Notes under the pieces: generated by a model | The model's database searches: none | Told to the model about the DNA's origin: nothing | The model's input: the letters and a program-made list of their open reading frames with translations, nothing else | Shown: piece after piece, positions 40,214 to 50,279 of the stretch | How the letters are laid out: every line of letters starts with the position of its first letter | Position numbering within the stretch: the first letter of the stretch is position 1 | Assembly (NCBI GenBank): GCA_021813145.1 | Contig: JAKALS010000002.1 | Location: 149,862 to 213,861, forward strand | Reading direction: 5' to 3' | Source: a bacterium | Lineage (GTDB): Bacteria > Patescibacteriota > Microgenomatia > Levybacterales > UBA12049 | Length of the DNA: 64,000 nucleotides | Program-made: the position numbers and the translations under genes

Positions 40214-42547
40214 ATAGTCTTTTTTTCTAAGGAAAAGCATTCCCCCAATCATCATAATTACCCCTGCAGCAAAACCCGCTACTCCCAAATTAAAACTCAT
40301 AGGTTGGTAGCTAAAAGTTACCGTATGGCTACCCTTCGGAACCGAAACCGCCCTGAATGCATAGTCCGCACGGTAAATCGGAGTCTGTTTTCCGTCTACG
40401 GATGCGGTCCAGCCGGGATAATAGGTATCGGAAAGAAAAAGCATGGAATTACCGTCAGAATCGGTATTTATTACGACTTCATCCGGAGTATAAGAAGCAA
40501 TTTTTGCATTTCCCGTAGTAGCGGTCAATTTGATACCCGGGTTCTTCTCGAGAACTACACCGTTTCGTAAATCAAACTTCGAAGAAAACATGGTATTTAG
40601 AATTTTTTGCGGATTGCTTTCTACCGTAAAACTCTTAACCATAAAAGCCCTCGGGTATACATTTTTATTTTCATAAACCTGATATACTCCGTCGTCATAA
40701 ATCTTTAAATATTGCCCGGGCTCGGTCCAGAAGGGGAAAGTCCAGGAAGCATGGTCATCCGCTATTTTGTGAACCACGTATTTTACTCCCAATAAGTTTA
40801 CCGCTTTTTTTGAATCCAGTCCGCTCTTTGGAAAGGATACTACCGACCTTGCGGATTCCGTCAGGTCTCCGTTTTCAAGCGATGCAATAAATTCACCGTA
40901 CCTTTTTATATAAACCGCATCATAGCCCTCTATGGATGGGAGTTTATAATACGTAGTCGCTTCCCCTCCCATATTGCTTACTATCCTTTCGTACCCTGAA
41001 ATATTTTTAAACTCCGAAACTACCGGAACATTAGGATACATAAGACTTTTAGGGTCAAACGGCATCCATTTTGCCGAAAATCTGAGCATATCAAAAGATA
41101 CTAATACGATAATTACTAAAGATAAAAGATTAAAGATTAAAGATTTTTTCAAGTGAACTAAAAAAATACCCGCAAATAATACTAAAGAGAAAGCAAGAAG
41201 CATTACGGTTGGAAGGATAAGATTTTGCCTTGCTATTACAATCTTATCCAAAGGCATGAAAAGTTTTAGGATTACAACGGCCCAGAGGATCGCAAAAACC
41301 GCAAAAGACAATAACAGGAATAGCAATATATTCTTATTCTTATTTTCTTTTAAATCCAGGATTATTTTTTCAAACCCGAACGCCGATAAAACAGCCATGG
41401 AAAAACTGAAAAGAACAATTATTCTACTGGCTGCGCTTGTCGAGAGAACGGGAACTTTAAGCATTATCAAAAGGTTCAAAAAAGGTGTCTGGAAAGAAAA
41501 AAGTATGGCAATGACGGCCATTAGTGCAAAGAATAAAACTTCTTTTGTTTTTTTGGTCAACGAATATAATCCCAAAAGGATAGGAATAAGCCCTATATAT
41601 GCATTCCACTCCGCATAGTGGCCGAACCAGTCATTTCTTGTTACCGGATTGCCCAAATAATCGGGGGCCACAAAAGTAGAAAGGTATCCCCAGGGAATTA
41701 CTTCCAGTTTTTCAAATATTGCGCTTCTTAGAGTTTGTGTATAAAGCTCTATCGAGGGAAGAATCTGGGGAAGCGTAAAGAGAAAACCAATAATTGTATA
41801 CAGCAAAACGAATATTGTATTTTGTAAATTTTTGGTCTGATAAAACTTAAACAGAATATACGCCGCAACAAAGAGGGAAAAGTAGATACTTATCTGAAAA
41901 TGACCCGAAAAAAATGAAAGAGGAACGGTGAGGGAAAATAGAATAAGAAACCTGAATTTTTTTGAAGAATAAAACTTTTCCAAAGAGTAAAGAGCAAGGG
42001 GCAAAAAAAGAATAGCGTATCCAAGAGTCGCATAAGCCATCCAGGTTGTAATAAATCCGCAAAACATAAAAGCTATTGAGCCCAAAAGTGAAGATTCTTC
42101 TTTAAGCTTTAAACTTCTTAAGAAGAGATACATGAAAATTCCCGCAAGAAGAGGCTGGAAAAGAACTAAAAGACTCCAGGCGTCAATAAAAGGAAGAATA
42201 AAAAACAAAATATTAAAAGGAGATAAAACCGCAGACTGATAATTTGCAAGATGAGTAGTTCCCGAAAAACTGTAAGGGTTCCAAAAGGGAATTTGCCCGC
42301 TTTTTAAAGTATCTATAGTAAAAGTTTTCCAGGGATATATCTGGTCTATGACATCGGGCATTGCGTTGTTTTTGACCGGAGATGTATAGCCCGGATACGC
42401 ATTCCAGGGAGAGAAGAAATTAACGAGGTAAGTCGAGGAAAAAGGGACATCGTGTTTTAAAAAATAGGGATTTGAGAAAATTAGCCAGACAAGAAAAATG
42501 AATAAGACCGGCCAGAGCTTTTTTGTAAATAATTTCAAAATTTTCAC
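40205..42547 (-). CDS. YfhO-family membrane glycosyltransferase-like protein (paralog 2 of 3)
   Basis: 780 aa; 'DVIDQIYPWKT...IPFWNPYSFSGTTHLANYQSAVLSPFNILFF'. Confidence 0.55.
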   Translation of the reverse strand: MKILKLFTKKLWPVLFIFLVWLIFSNPYFLKHDVPFSSTYLVNFFSPWNAYPGYTSPVKNNAMPDVIDQIYPWKTFTIDTLKSGQIPFWNPYSFSGTTHLANYQSAVLSPFNILFFILPFIDAWSLLVLFQPLLAGIFMYLFLRSLKLKEESSLLGSIAFMFCGFITTWMAYATLGYAILFLPLALYSLEKFYSSKKFRFLILFSLTVPLSFFSGHFQISIYFSLFVAAYILFKFYQTKNLQNTIFVLLYTIIGFLFTLPQILPSIELYTQTLRSAIFEKLEVIPWGYLSTFVAPDYLGNPVTRNDWFGHYAEWNAYIGLIPILLGLYSLTKKTKEVLFFALMAVIAILFSFQTPFLNLLIMLKVPVLSTSAASRIIVLFSFSMAVLSAFGFEKIILDLKENKNKNILLFLLLSFAVFAILWAVVILKLFMPLDKIVIARQNLILPTVMLLAFSLVLFAGIFLVHLKKSLIFNLLSLVIIVLVSFDMLRFSAKWMPFDPKSLMYPNVPVVSEFKNISGYERIVSNMGGEATTYYKLPSIEGYDAVYIKRYGEFIASLENGDLTESARSVVSFPKSGLDSKKAVNLLGVKYVVHKIADDHASWTFPFWTEPGQYLKIYDDGVYQVYENKNVYPRAFMVKSFTVESNPQKILNTMFSSKFDLRNGVVLEKNPGIKLTATTGNAKIASYTPDEVVINTDSDGNSMLFLSDTYYPGWTASVDGKQTPIYRADYAFRAVSVPKGSHTVTFSYQPMSFNLGVAGFAAGVIMMIGGMLFLRKKDYLF

Positions 42548-42550
42548 TTT

Positions 42551-43306
42551 TTACTTTTTAACCTCATGTCCTTTTTGCATTTCCCAAAGCCTTGCATAGG
42601 TTATAAACATGCTGAATGACTGGTAAATACTCTCTATAAGACCTGCCGTTCCGGCTTTATATCCTTTTTGTTTCACATATGAATTTAAAAAACCCGAAAT
42701 CATAACTCTTGGAAATCTCCACCAGGTCATTCTGGGATGGTTTGCGTTAAAACGAAGCTGTGCCTCAACTCCCGACCACTGTGCCGTCTTTTCTACCATA
42801 GAAGTAAGGTCCCTATGGGTATAATGCAAAAGAAAACCTTCAAGTTCCCCTATTTTCCCGTCTACAACCGGACTTTCGTGGAGCTCTCCGCGCCACCCTT
42901 TAAGATCAGCTTTTTTAAAAAACCTTTCCAGCTTTTCGATATACGGCCATTCGTGATTTCCAAGATAAAAATTTTTTCTTAATACTTTATATGCGGAAAA
43001 AACAGAATCGGATTCAGTTGTTTTTTTTATACTTTTTTGAAGCTCTTCACTGACTCTTTCATCAACATCAACATATAAAATCCATTCCCCCTCGGCTTTT
43101 TCCAACCCTAGATTTCTTATTTTTGAAAAATCGGAGAAATTATGCTCAATAATTTTAGCGTTGTGCTTTTTTGCAATCTCCAGGGTTTTATCGCTAGAGC
43201 CTGCGTCAACAACTAAAATCTCATTGCAGAAGGAAAGGCTTTTAAGACAATCCTCTATTAAATCAGCACCGTTTTTTGTTATAACGATTCCCGTAATTTT
43301 TGTCAT
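42551..43306 (-). CDS. GT2 glycosyltransferase, WaaE/KdtX-like
   Basis: 251 aa; 'ITGIVITKNGADLIEDCLKSLSFCNEILVVDAGSSDKTLEIAKKHNAKI...YVDVDE'. Confidence 0.75.
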   Translation of the reverse strand: MTKITGIVITKNGADLIEDCLKSLSFCNEILVVDAGSSDKTLEIAKKHNAKIIEHNFSDFSKIRNLGLEKAEGEWILYVDVDERVSEELQKSIKKTTESDSVFSAYKVLRKNFYLGNHEWPYIEKLERFFKKADLKGWRGELHESPVVDGKIGELEGFLLHYTHRDLTSMVEKTAQWSGVEAQLRFNANHPRMTWWRFPRVMISGFLNSYVKQKGYKAGTAGLIESIYQSFSMFITYARLWEMQKGHEVKK

Positions 43307-44565
43307 ACCAAATCCTTAAATCTTGCAATAGCGAAAGGAATTTTCATCTCGTCCTCAGACATTCCTCCGTGATGACCCTTAAACTCGACCAGTTCTCCTT
43401 TTATATGTTCGAACCAGACGGTCTTTCCTTTATAGGGTAATAATATAATGTTTCCGATTCTTTGTAAAAACTCATCGCTTCCGTTACCGAAAATTCCCAT
43501 TTTAATTGCTTCTTCGGTTTTTATAGCCTTACATATTTTCCCGTACTTTTTATTTATATATATAATAGTATCTTCGATTTTGTCTTTTTTTACCCTTAAA
43601 AAAACGTCTCTGGGGCTTCCCCAGGGAAGAATTATATTTCCGTTGAGTCCCGTTTCCAAGGCTTCCAAGATAACGCTGTCTTTATTTAGATAAACTGTTT
43701 CTTTGGGGTTTATCTCCACCTGTCCGTGGTCTGATGTTAAGGCAAACAAAATATTATTGGCTTTTTCCGGGGGAACTCTTTTTATTAAATCATTGTATAT
43801 ACTTTCAAAAAAAATTCTTGCCTCCACTTCGTATTGAAGGGAATCAGGCCCGAATTTATGACCTTCGCTGTCTATTCCTGACCAGTAAACGTATAAAAAA
43901 GCTGGGCCCTTTTCCCTGACTAATACGTTATAAATAGAAACTATCAAGTCCGATAAATAACGGTAATCGATTTTTTCAGCACCGTTGGAGACAAGATTTG
44001 AATAAACGGTATTGGCCAGTGACTGGTTGTGGAATATGTAAGAATTTACTCCGTTATCCTCCAGTATCTTAAATATTCTGTCCTTATTTATAATAAGCTT
44101 AGGATCTGCTCCTTTTTCCAAAAGACTTCCCTCTTTGGCCCTTCTTCCCATTGGCGAAAAGGGAATGGTCTGTATAACTTCAGCGAGCTCGTCGAAGTAG
44201 AGATTCCATTCAAAAAGTCCGTGGTCTCTTGGAGTAAGCCCCGTTGCAACGGTTGTAAGGGAAGCCGCGGTTGTCGACGGAAATCCGGAGGTTATGGGAA
44301 AAACTTTTCCTTTTTTTGAAAGAAGCCTCAAAAAAGGAATATTTTTTTCTATATTTTTATACTGGTTATAACCGAAACCGTCCGTAAGAAAAAAAACAAC
44401 TTTATTATTTTTTTCAATAAATTCATTCAGATCGAAATTTAATGGCTTGTTTGCGCTTTTTATTCCGAATAAGCTCAACAACGTGTAGATTGAGTTATAT
44501 AAGGAGTATCCGTTGTAATTGGGAAGAAGGAAATCCTCATATCTTTTAAAATATTTTCCACTCAT
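43303..44565 (-). CDS. alkaline-phosphatase-superfamily protein (type I phosphodiesterase/nucleotide pyrophosphatase-like)
   Basis: 420 aa; 'LTDGFGYNQ', 'TSGFPSTTAASLTTVATGLTPRDHGL' (Thr nucleophile region of the Phosphodiest family), 'LTSDHGQ' metal-binding region. Confidence 0.65.
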   Translation of the reverse strand: MSGKYFKRYEDFLLPNYNGYSLYNSIYTLLSLFGIKSANKPLNFDLNEFIEKNNKVVFFLTDGFGYNQYKNIEKNIPFLRLLSKKGKVFPITSGFPSTTAASLTTVATGLTPRDHGLFEWNLYFDELAEVIQTIPFSPMGRRAKEGSLLEKGADPKLIINKDRIFKILEDNGVNSYIFHNQSLANTVYSNLVSNGAEKIDYRYLSDLIVSIYNVLVREKGPAFLYVYWSGIDSEGHKFGPDSLQYEVEARIFFESIYNDLIKRVPPEKANNILFALTSDHGQVEINPKETVYLNKDSVILEALETGLNGNIILPWGSPRDVFLRVKKDKIEDTIIYINKKYGKICKAIKTEEAIKMGIFGNGSDEFLQRIGNIILLPYKGKTVWFEHIKGELVEFKGHHGGMSEDEMKIPFAIARFKDLV

Positions 44566-45482
44566 TTAAAACTTCCCTTCCCAAAGCGGCCGAGGTAATA
44601 GTCAAAAACTCCTTTACGCTGCCATCTCCTGCCAATGAGTAAAAATTTTATACTTTCTCTAAAAAGAGCAAGTTTTGTCCTCAAAGATGCATAAGTCATT
44701 CCGTATAACATCCTGTTTCTTGTAATATAGTAATCCTGAAGTGAAGAGCCCGAGCCTCCGACAGAGCCGGCATTTTTATGCCACATGATTGCCCCAGGTT
44801 CAAAGACGATTCCAAAACCCTTCTCCCTGGCCCTTTGGCTTAAATCGTTATCTTCGTAATAAAGAAAATACCTCTCGTCAAAGTCTCCGGTTTTTTCGAC
44901 TACTTCTTTTTTTATAAGCATGCAACAACCGCTTGCAAAATCCGTTTCTTTTCTTTTTGAAAATTGGCCTTTATCCACCTCGTCCACTCCCTCGTGCTCT
45001 CCTATCACGTTATTCCAGTCCATATTTCCCCCGGCATACCATATAATTTTCCCAAGCTCGTTTTCCTTATATCTGTCTTTATGGAATTCAAACCCTTTTG
45101 CAAAATAAATTTTTGGCGAAATAAGACCGGCATTGTTATCGTTTTTTGCGGACTTTACGAGTTCTTTTATAAGACTCTTATCCAGGATAACATCATTATT
45201 AAGAACAATTATGTATTCTGCACCATTTTCCAGGGCATATTTTATCCCGACGTTATGACCGCCCGAAAACCCGAGATTATCTTCATTCTTAATTAATTTG
45301 AAATTTGAATTTTGAAGTTTAAAATTTGAAATTTCAGTAAAGCTTTCGTCAGTTGAGGCATTATCTACGACTACAACCGTAAGATTTATGTCAGAAATAT
45401 CGAGTCTGTCTATTGAGTTAAGGCAATCTATGGTATCTTTAACTCCGTTAAAGTTTACTATCGTTATAAAAACATTTGTCAT
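44562..45482 (-). CDS. GT2-family glycosyltransferase
   Basis: 306 aa; 'FITIVNFNGVKDT...VVVVDNASTDES...LNNDV...GGNMDW...CCMLIKKEV'. Confidence 0.8.
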   Translation of the reverse strand: MTNVFITIVNFNGVKDTIDCLNSIDRLDISDINLTVVVVDNASTDESFTEISNFKLQNSNFKLIKNEDNLGFSGGHNVGIKYALENGAEYIIVLNNDVILDKSLIKELVKSAKNDNNAGLISPKIYFAKGFEFHKDRYKENELGKIIWYAGGNMDWNNVIGEHEGVDEVDKGQFSKRKETDFASGCCMLIKKEVVEKTGDFDERYFLYYEDNDLSQRAREKGFGIVFEPGAIMWHKNAGSVGGSGSSLQDYYITRNRMLYGMTYASLRTKLALFRESIKFLLIGRRWQRKGVFDYYLGRFGKGSFK

Positions 45483-46390
45483 ATGCGGATCTTTTGGGAA
45501 ACTCTGTAGATGTTTTTCTTTATCGGGTTTTTAGTGCCCTTTTTCTTTTCGTTAAAAAACCAGAATCTTAAATCTTTGTCCGCCTTTTTAAACTCTTCCT
45601 CCGCTTTTTGCAGGAATTCTTCCCCGTTTTCTTTTATGAAACCCATCTTCTCCCAGATGTATGCAAATACCAAAAATCTGTAAAAGGCCATAAGTATTGA
45701 AAGCATTAAGCCGTGAAGTCCGTCTTTGTATCCTTCCCTTGCAAAAAAACGGTTGACAAATTCATCAAAAGGAAATCTTATTGCGTCAAAAGAAGAAAAT
45801 TTATATCCGTTTGACAAAAGAAAATCTGCTTCGTTGGGGCAATAAACATCTACTGCCCTATGCATAAACTGCAAAATGGTTTCGTAGTTGTCGTGAAGTA
45901 TGTCGTTTTTAAGTTTTCCCGTTTCTCCCTCAACTTTTAATTTCTCGTGTACGTGTTTTTCTAGAAATTTCCCCTTACCTTTCCTAAACAACCTTAACTG
46001 ATAATCAGGATACCATCCGGCATGTTCTATCCATTCCCCGAAAATATAATTTTTTCGAGGTATCAGATAACCATTTTCTTTTACATTTTTGGCTAACGTT
46101 TCCTTAATTTCTTCTGCGAGTTCCCCACTTACGGTTTCGTCGGCATCAAGGCTTAAAATCCAGTCACCCGTTGCTTTTTCGAATCCGAAGTTTTTTTGAA
46201 GGTCGATTTGGGCCGGGTTATTTTTTTGTGTATATATATTCTTTGTATATTTAGAAGCAATTTTTGAAGTATTATCCGTTGAGGAGTTATCGATAACAAC
46301 TATCTCATCCGCAAATTTTGCCGACTCCAGGCATTTTGCAATTTTTTGCTCCTCGTTATATGCAGAAATAACTACGGATAATTTTGCCAT
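45479..46390 (-). CDS. GT2 glycosyltransferase, WaaE/KdtX-like
   Basis: 303 aa; 'LSVVISAYNEEQKIAKCLESAKFADEIVVIDNSSTDNTSKIASKY...SLDADE'. Confidence 0.75.
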   Translation of the reverse strand: MAKLSVVISAYNEEQKIAKCLESAKFADEIVVIDNSSTDNTSKIASKYTKNIYTQKNNPAQIDLQKNFGFEKATGDWILSLDADETVSGELAEEIKETLAKNVKENGYLIPRKNYIFGEWIEHAGWYPDYQLRLFRKGKGKFLEKHVHEKLKVEGETGKLKNDILHDNYETILQFMHRAVDVYCPNEADFLLSNGYKFSSFDAIRFPFDEFVNRFFAREGYKDGLHGLMLSILMAFYRFLVFAYIWEKMGFIKENGEEFLQKAEEEFKKADKDLRFWFFNEKKKGTKNPIKKNIYRVSQKIRI

Positions 46391-46392
46391 AT

Positions 46393-47847
46393 TTATCTTT
46401 TAAGGTTATCCCTTACCATCTGGATGTCCGACAATATCTCATTTTTTGCCAAAGCAAACATCGTTAAGAAGTATAGCACAGCTCCAAACCCTATAACAAA
46501 AATAACGCCTATTATATTCTTTGCCAGGAATCCGCTTAAAAAGTAAACCGCAACTCCCATAAGAAGAGTCGCTATCAGAGGGTTTAAGACTACCCTTAAA
46601 AGGCTAAACTGCATATACCTTTTTACGACAAATACGACCAATACAACGGAAGCCGCTATAAGAGCCGAAGCATATGCGACTCCGTTAAAGCCGAACCAGA
46701 CGATAAAAAGAGGAGTTATCGCCCAGTTTGCAACGGTCCAAAAAACCATAAGATAGAGCGTTACTTTTATCTTTCCTATTGCACTTAGGGCATTCGTTAA
46801 AGGAGTTGATATCGAAGAAAAAGCGGCGTTAAGGGCAAAAAACACCAAAGATATTATTGCCGGTTCCCATTTAAGGTATTTGGGTATTATGTGGACAAAA
46901 TAAGGCGCTAAAACTACCAATCCCATAAGGCTTGGGAAGATGAGGAAACACGCGGCAAAAATAGATTTTTCAACGGCTTTTCTAAGTATATTTTTGTCCT
47001 CCTGAAGCCTAGAAAAAGAAGGAAATGTAATCCTTATTACGTTATCCATAATAAGTCTTAAGGGAACAAAAGCCCATTTCTGGGCAAACCCTATATAGCC
47101 GACCTGAGCCAAGGGTAATACTTTACCAAGATACGCAATAAACAAATCGTCTTTTATAAGAGCTAAAAAGCTGTTTGTCTGGAAAGGTATCCCGAAAGAA
47201 AGGAGTTTTTTTGCCGCATTTTTCTGGAAACCTATTCCGATTCTCCATGGGTTTATTATATATATGGCAATTACGCCTCCAATCCCTCTTGCCAAAACCG
47301 CATACGTAAAGCTTGCTACGCCAAAACCTTTTGCGGCAAGAATTACGGCAACAAGACTAAAGACAAGATTTTCGACTATTTGAGGGATAACCAATTTTTC
47401 AAAATGCAAATCTCTCTCCAAAAGTATAGAGGGGATTGTTTTTAACGAGGACAGGAAAAAGGAAATAACAAGGGCTTGAAATAAAAGCACCCCATCGGCG
47501 TCAAGATGATAAAAAGATTTGACAAAGCCAGACAAAAGAAGGGCAATAGCTACCACTGAGATTACGAGAATCTGTTGTATGGTAAAAGTAGTTCTAAGCT
47601 CTTCTTCGGTTATCGGTTCCTTTTTCTGTATTAAAGCGGCGGCAAGACCGATGTCCGAGAAATACTGAAGAAACGCAATGGCTGCTGAAACGACAAAATA
47701 TACTCCGAATACGGATGGGGAAAGAAAAATCGTAAGTAAAAGATTTGCGATAAGTCCTATTACCTGTATCGCAAATGTCCTTGAAACAAGAGCAAACACT
47801 CCCCGTATAGATTTTCTTGTTACGGCCTCTATATCAATTTCTTCCAT
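46393..47847 (-). CDS. oligosaccharide flippase (Wzx/MOP superfamily)
   Basis: 484 aa; about 14 TM helices; N-terminal cytoplasmic region 'RKSIRGVFALVSRTFAIQVIGLIANLLLTIFLSPSVFGVY'. Confidence 0.65.
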   Translation of the reverse strand: MEEIDIEAVTRKSIRGVFALVSRTFAIQVIGLIANLLLTIFLSPSVFGVYFVVSAAIAFLQYFSDIGLAAALIQKKEPITEEELRTTFTIQQILVISVVAIALLLSGFVKSFYHLDADGVLLFQALVISFFLSSLKTIPSILLERDLHFEKLVIPQIVENLVFSLVAVILAAKGFGVASFTYAVLARGIGGVIAIYIINPWRIGIGFQKNAAKKLLSFGIPFQTNSFLALIKDDLFIAYLGKVLPLAQVGYIGFAQKWAFVPLRLIMDNVIRITFPSFSRLQEDKNILRKAVEKSIFAACFLIFPSLMGLVVLAPYFVHIIPKYLKWEPAIISLVFFALNAAFSSISTPLTNALSAIGKIKVTLYLMVFWTVANWAITPLFIVWFGFNGVAYASALIAASVVLVVFVVKRYMQFSLLRVVLNPLIATLLMGVAVYFLSGFLAKNIIGVIFVIGFGAVLYFLTMFALAKNEILSDIQMVRDNLKR

Positions 47848-48544
47848 AATTTAAATTCTTCCAAAGAAGCAGGCTTTCTTTTACCGCTCTTATAATTACC
47901 CTTATGTTTCCTCCGCTTTGATCTCCATAAACTCTTGGATAATGGTTTACCTCAACCTGAATAATTTTAAGTTTTTTCTTTTTTGCTCTTGCAAGAATTT
48001 CTGTTGTAATCATTGCTCCCTCCGATTTTAAAGGAGAGATCTTTTTGATTGCCTCTTTTCTAAAAAGCTTAAATCCGCAGTCGATGTCTCTAAAATAAAA
48101 TCCGAAAAATACAAAATCCCATATTTTTAACATATTCATCAGAAGATGCCTGAATGGATTATCCAGTCTTTTTTTTCTGTAGCCTATTACCATATCCGCC
48201 TTGTCTATTTTATCCAAAAACTCTGAAACTTGGGAAAAATCGAACTGTCCGTCCCCGTCGTTAAAAACGATATATTTATACTTTGCCTTTTCAAAACCGC
48301 TCTTAAGCGCCGCTCCGTATCCCCTGTTTCTTTGATGAGATACAACGGTAAGATTCGGATTAACTTTTGCAAGTTTTTGGGCAATACTTAAAGTATTATC
48401 CGAAGAACCGTCGTCAACCATTATTATTTCCCATTTTGATGCAACTTTTTTTGCAACGGGGATGGCTTTTTTTACAACATTCTCTATGTTTTTTTCTTCA
48501 TTCCAGAAAGGAAAGAAAACAGATAATTCCGTGATTTTACTCAT
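47834..48544 (-). CDS. GT2 Dpm1-like polyprenyl-phosphate sugar synthase (soluble)
   Basis: 236 aa; 'LSVFFPFWNEEKNI...EIIMVDDGSSDNT...NRGYGAALKSG...FNDGDGQ'. Confidence 0.75.
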   Translation of the reverse strand: MSKITELSVFFPFWNEEKNIENVVKKAIPVAKKVASKWEIIMVDDGSSDNTLSIAQKLAKVNPNLTVVSHQRNRGYGAALKSGFEKAKYKYIVFNDGDGQFDFSQVSEFLDKIDKADMVIGYRKKRLDNPFRHLLMNMLKIWDFVFFGFYFRDIDCGFKLFRKEAIKKISPLKSEGAMITTEILARAKKKKLKIIQVEVNHYPRVYGDQSGGNIRVIIRAVKESLLLWKNLNYGRN

Positions 48545-50279
48545 ACCTTTTTCGGGCTGAAAGAATTATACCAGCAATAAGTGCCGCTATTCCAGCAACA
48601 GAAATTAAATCGGATAAAAGCTCTACGGGAGTCTGCGAGTATTTGAGTTGTATTTGATGAATTCCCGGAGAAACTTTAATCCCGACGCCGTTATCCAAAA
48701 CCGACAATTTATAGATATTGCCGTCAATATACGCACTCCAGAATGGGAAATAGGCAACGGGAATAACGATTGAAGAAAGATTTTTGCTTTCGGCGGTAAA
48801 CGCATACTTAACGGGAGTGCGGGTAATATTTTTTATGTTTACGTTGCCCTTTTTTACTATTACTTTTCCGTTTGAGATTTGAGAAGGATTTTCGGGCACC
48901 AAAAAATCCGAAGGCATATACTCGTGCGTAAGATTAGAGGCAAACCAGGAAATTGCATACTTTGTTGTGTATTTCCCGGAATTTTCGGAGTATATTCCGC
49001 TATATTCTCCGGAAGCCGTAGGAAGGATAGGAGAAGTTATAAAGTATTTCGAACTTACAAAAATTAAAAAGGCTAAAAGTACTGTTGCAACTCCAAAATC
49101 TAGATAAGAAGCATATTTTTTAAAGGGAAAAAATCGAAAAAACCATACAGAAGAGCCTGCCAAAAGAGAGGAAAAAAATGAAGCCATTACAAGAAATCTC
49201 CAGGGAAACTGGAAAAATGCCATAAGTCTTATTGAGTCCCACAAGGGTTTTGAAATCTGAAGCGTTAAAACTGCGGAAAAAACAAACCCCAGAAACAATA
49301 ATAAAATTATATAAAAATTTTCAGAATCTTTTCTGAATTTTTTTATCAAAAGTAATATAAAGGCGGAAACTGCCGAGGCAAAAGAAAGAATTATATGAAG
49401 TTTACCTATCATAAAAGACAAACCGTCGTTGCATCCGGGAACCGAACCGCCAAATCCCCACGGGCTTGTCCAAAGCTGCCCGGGACATACAAAATTATCC
49501 CAGTAACTAAAGCCGCCCTGTCCTATCTGCGAGAGGACATTTGTATATTTCATTTCCGAAAGTGCGGGCAACCAGTAAAAACAGGAAATAAGAGCTCCGA
49601 ATATCAAAACCCAAAAGGGGTTAAAAGAAACTTTTTTTTCTTTTTTAAAAGAAGCCAGAAATAAAACCAGGATTAAAAGCAATAGAAAAGGAGACACCAT
49701 CATCGCGGTAAGATTATGTGAAAGAATTATTCCCGCAAAGCCCAGCGCTCCTATAGCCGCATTTTTAAAATTATTTTCCTTATATGTTTTTATAACCCCA
49801 TAAAAAGCAAGAGGAATAAATGCGTATGCCCAAAATTCCGCAACATCCCCTCTTACATATATATCGACCGCATGGTACGGTGCATAAACATAAAATAAAG
49901 CCGCAACAACTCCTGCGGCTTTTCCGAAGAGCTCCTTTCCCAATAAATACATGAAAATGCCGGAAAGAAGTATTCCCAGCCCCATCATAAGTTTTGCCGA
50001 AATAAGCACATTAAATCCCAAAAGATTAAAAAATGAACCCGAATAGTAGGCAAGAGGCGCGTAGAAATTAAAAATCGGATAACCGAAGCCGAACCCTAGA
50101 TCCATTGACCATCTTACGGGAAACATGCCGGCATTCAGGGATTTGGTCATTTCAAAAACTCTTTGAACCTGGGTATCGTCGTGTACTGGGAAAAGGCCCG
50201 GCGAAAGCAAAGGCCTTATTGCCCAGAAAGAAAGAACCAATACGATTATTATAGGCAAAATTATTTTTACAACTTTCAT
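48537..50279 (-). CDS. polytopic membrane protein, GT-C-like paralog family B
   Basis: 580 aa; 'LLSPGLFPVHDDTQVQRVFEMTKSLNAGMFPVRWSMDLGFGFGYPIFNFYAPLAYY'. Confidence 0.5.
   Translation of the reverse strand: MKVVKIILPIIIVLVLSFWAIRPLLSPGLFPVHDDTQVQRVFEMTKSLNAGMFPVRWSMDLGFGFGYPIFNFYAPLAYYSGSFFNLLGFNVLISAKLMMGLGILLSGIFMYLLGKELFGKAAGVVAALFYVYAPYHAVDIYVRGDVAEFWAYAFIPLAFYGVIKTYKENNFKNAAIGALGFAGIILSHNLTAMMVSPFLLLLILVLFLASFKKEKKVSFNPFWVLIFGALISCFYWLPALSEMKYTNVLSQIGQGGFSYWDNFVCPGQLWTSPWGFGGSVPGCNDGLSFMIGKLHIILSFASAVSAFILLLIKKFRKDSENFYIILLLFLGFVFSAVLTLQISKPLWDSIRLMAFFQFPWRFLVMASFFSSLLAGSSVWFFRFFPFKKYASYLDFGVATVLLAFLIFVSSKYFITSPILPTASGEYSGIYSENSGKYTTKYAISWFASNLTHEYMPSDFLVPENPSQISNGKVIVKKGNVNIKNITRTPVKYAFTAESKNLSSIVIPVAYFPFWSAYIDGNIYKLSVLDNGVGIKVSPGIHQIQLKYSQTPVELLSDLISVAGIAALIAGIILSARKRYE

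Noticed and set aside
45290-45345. 'aatttgaaatttgaattttgaagtttaaaatttgaaattt' repeat
   Set aside because: Lies inside GT2 gene 44562..45482, encoding FKLQNSNFKL. Too short and irregular for a CRISPR array, and there are no flanking cas genes.
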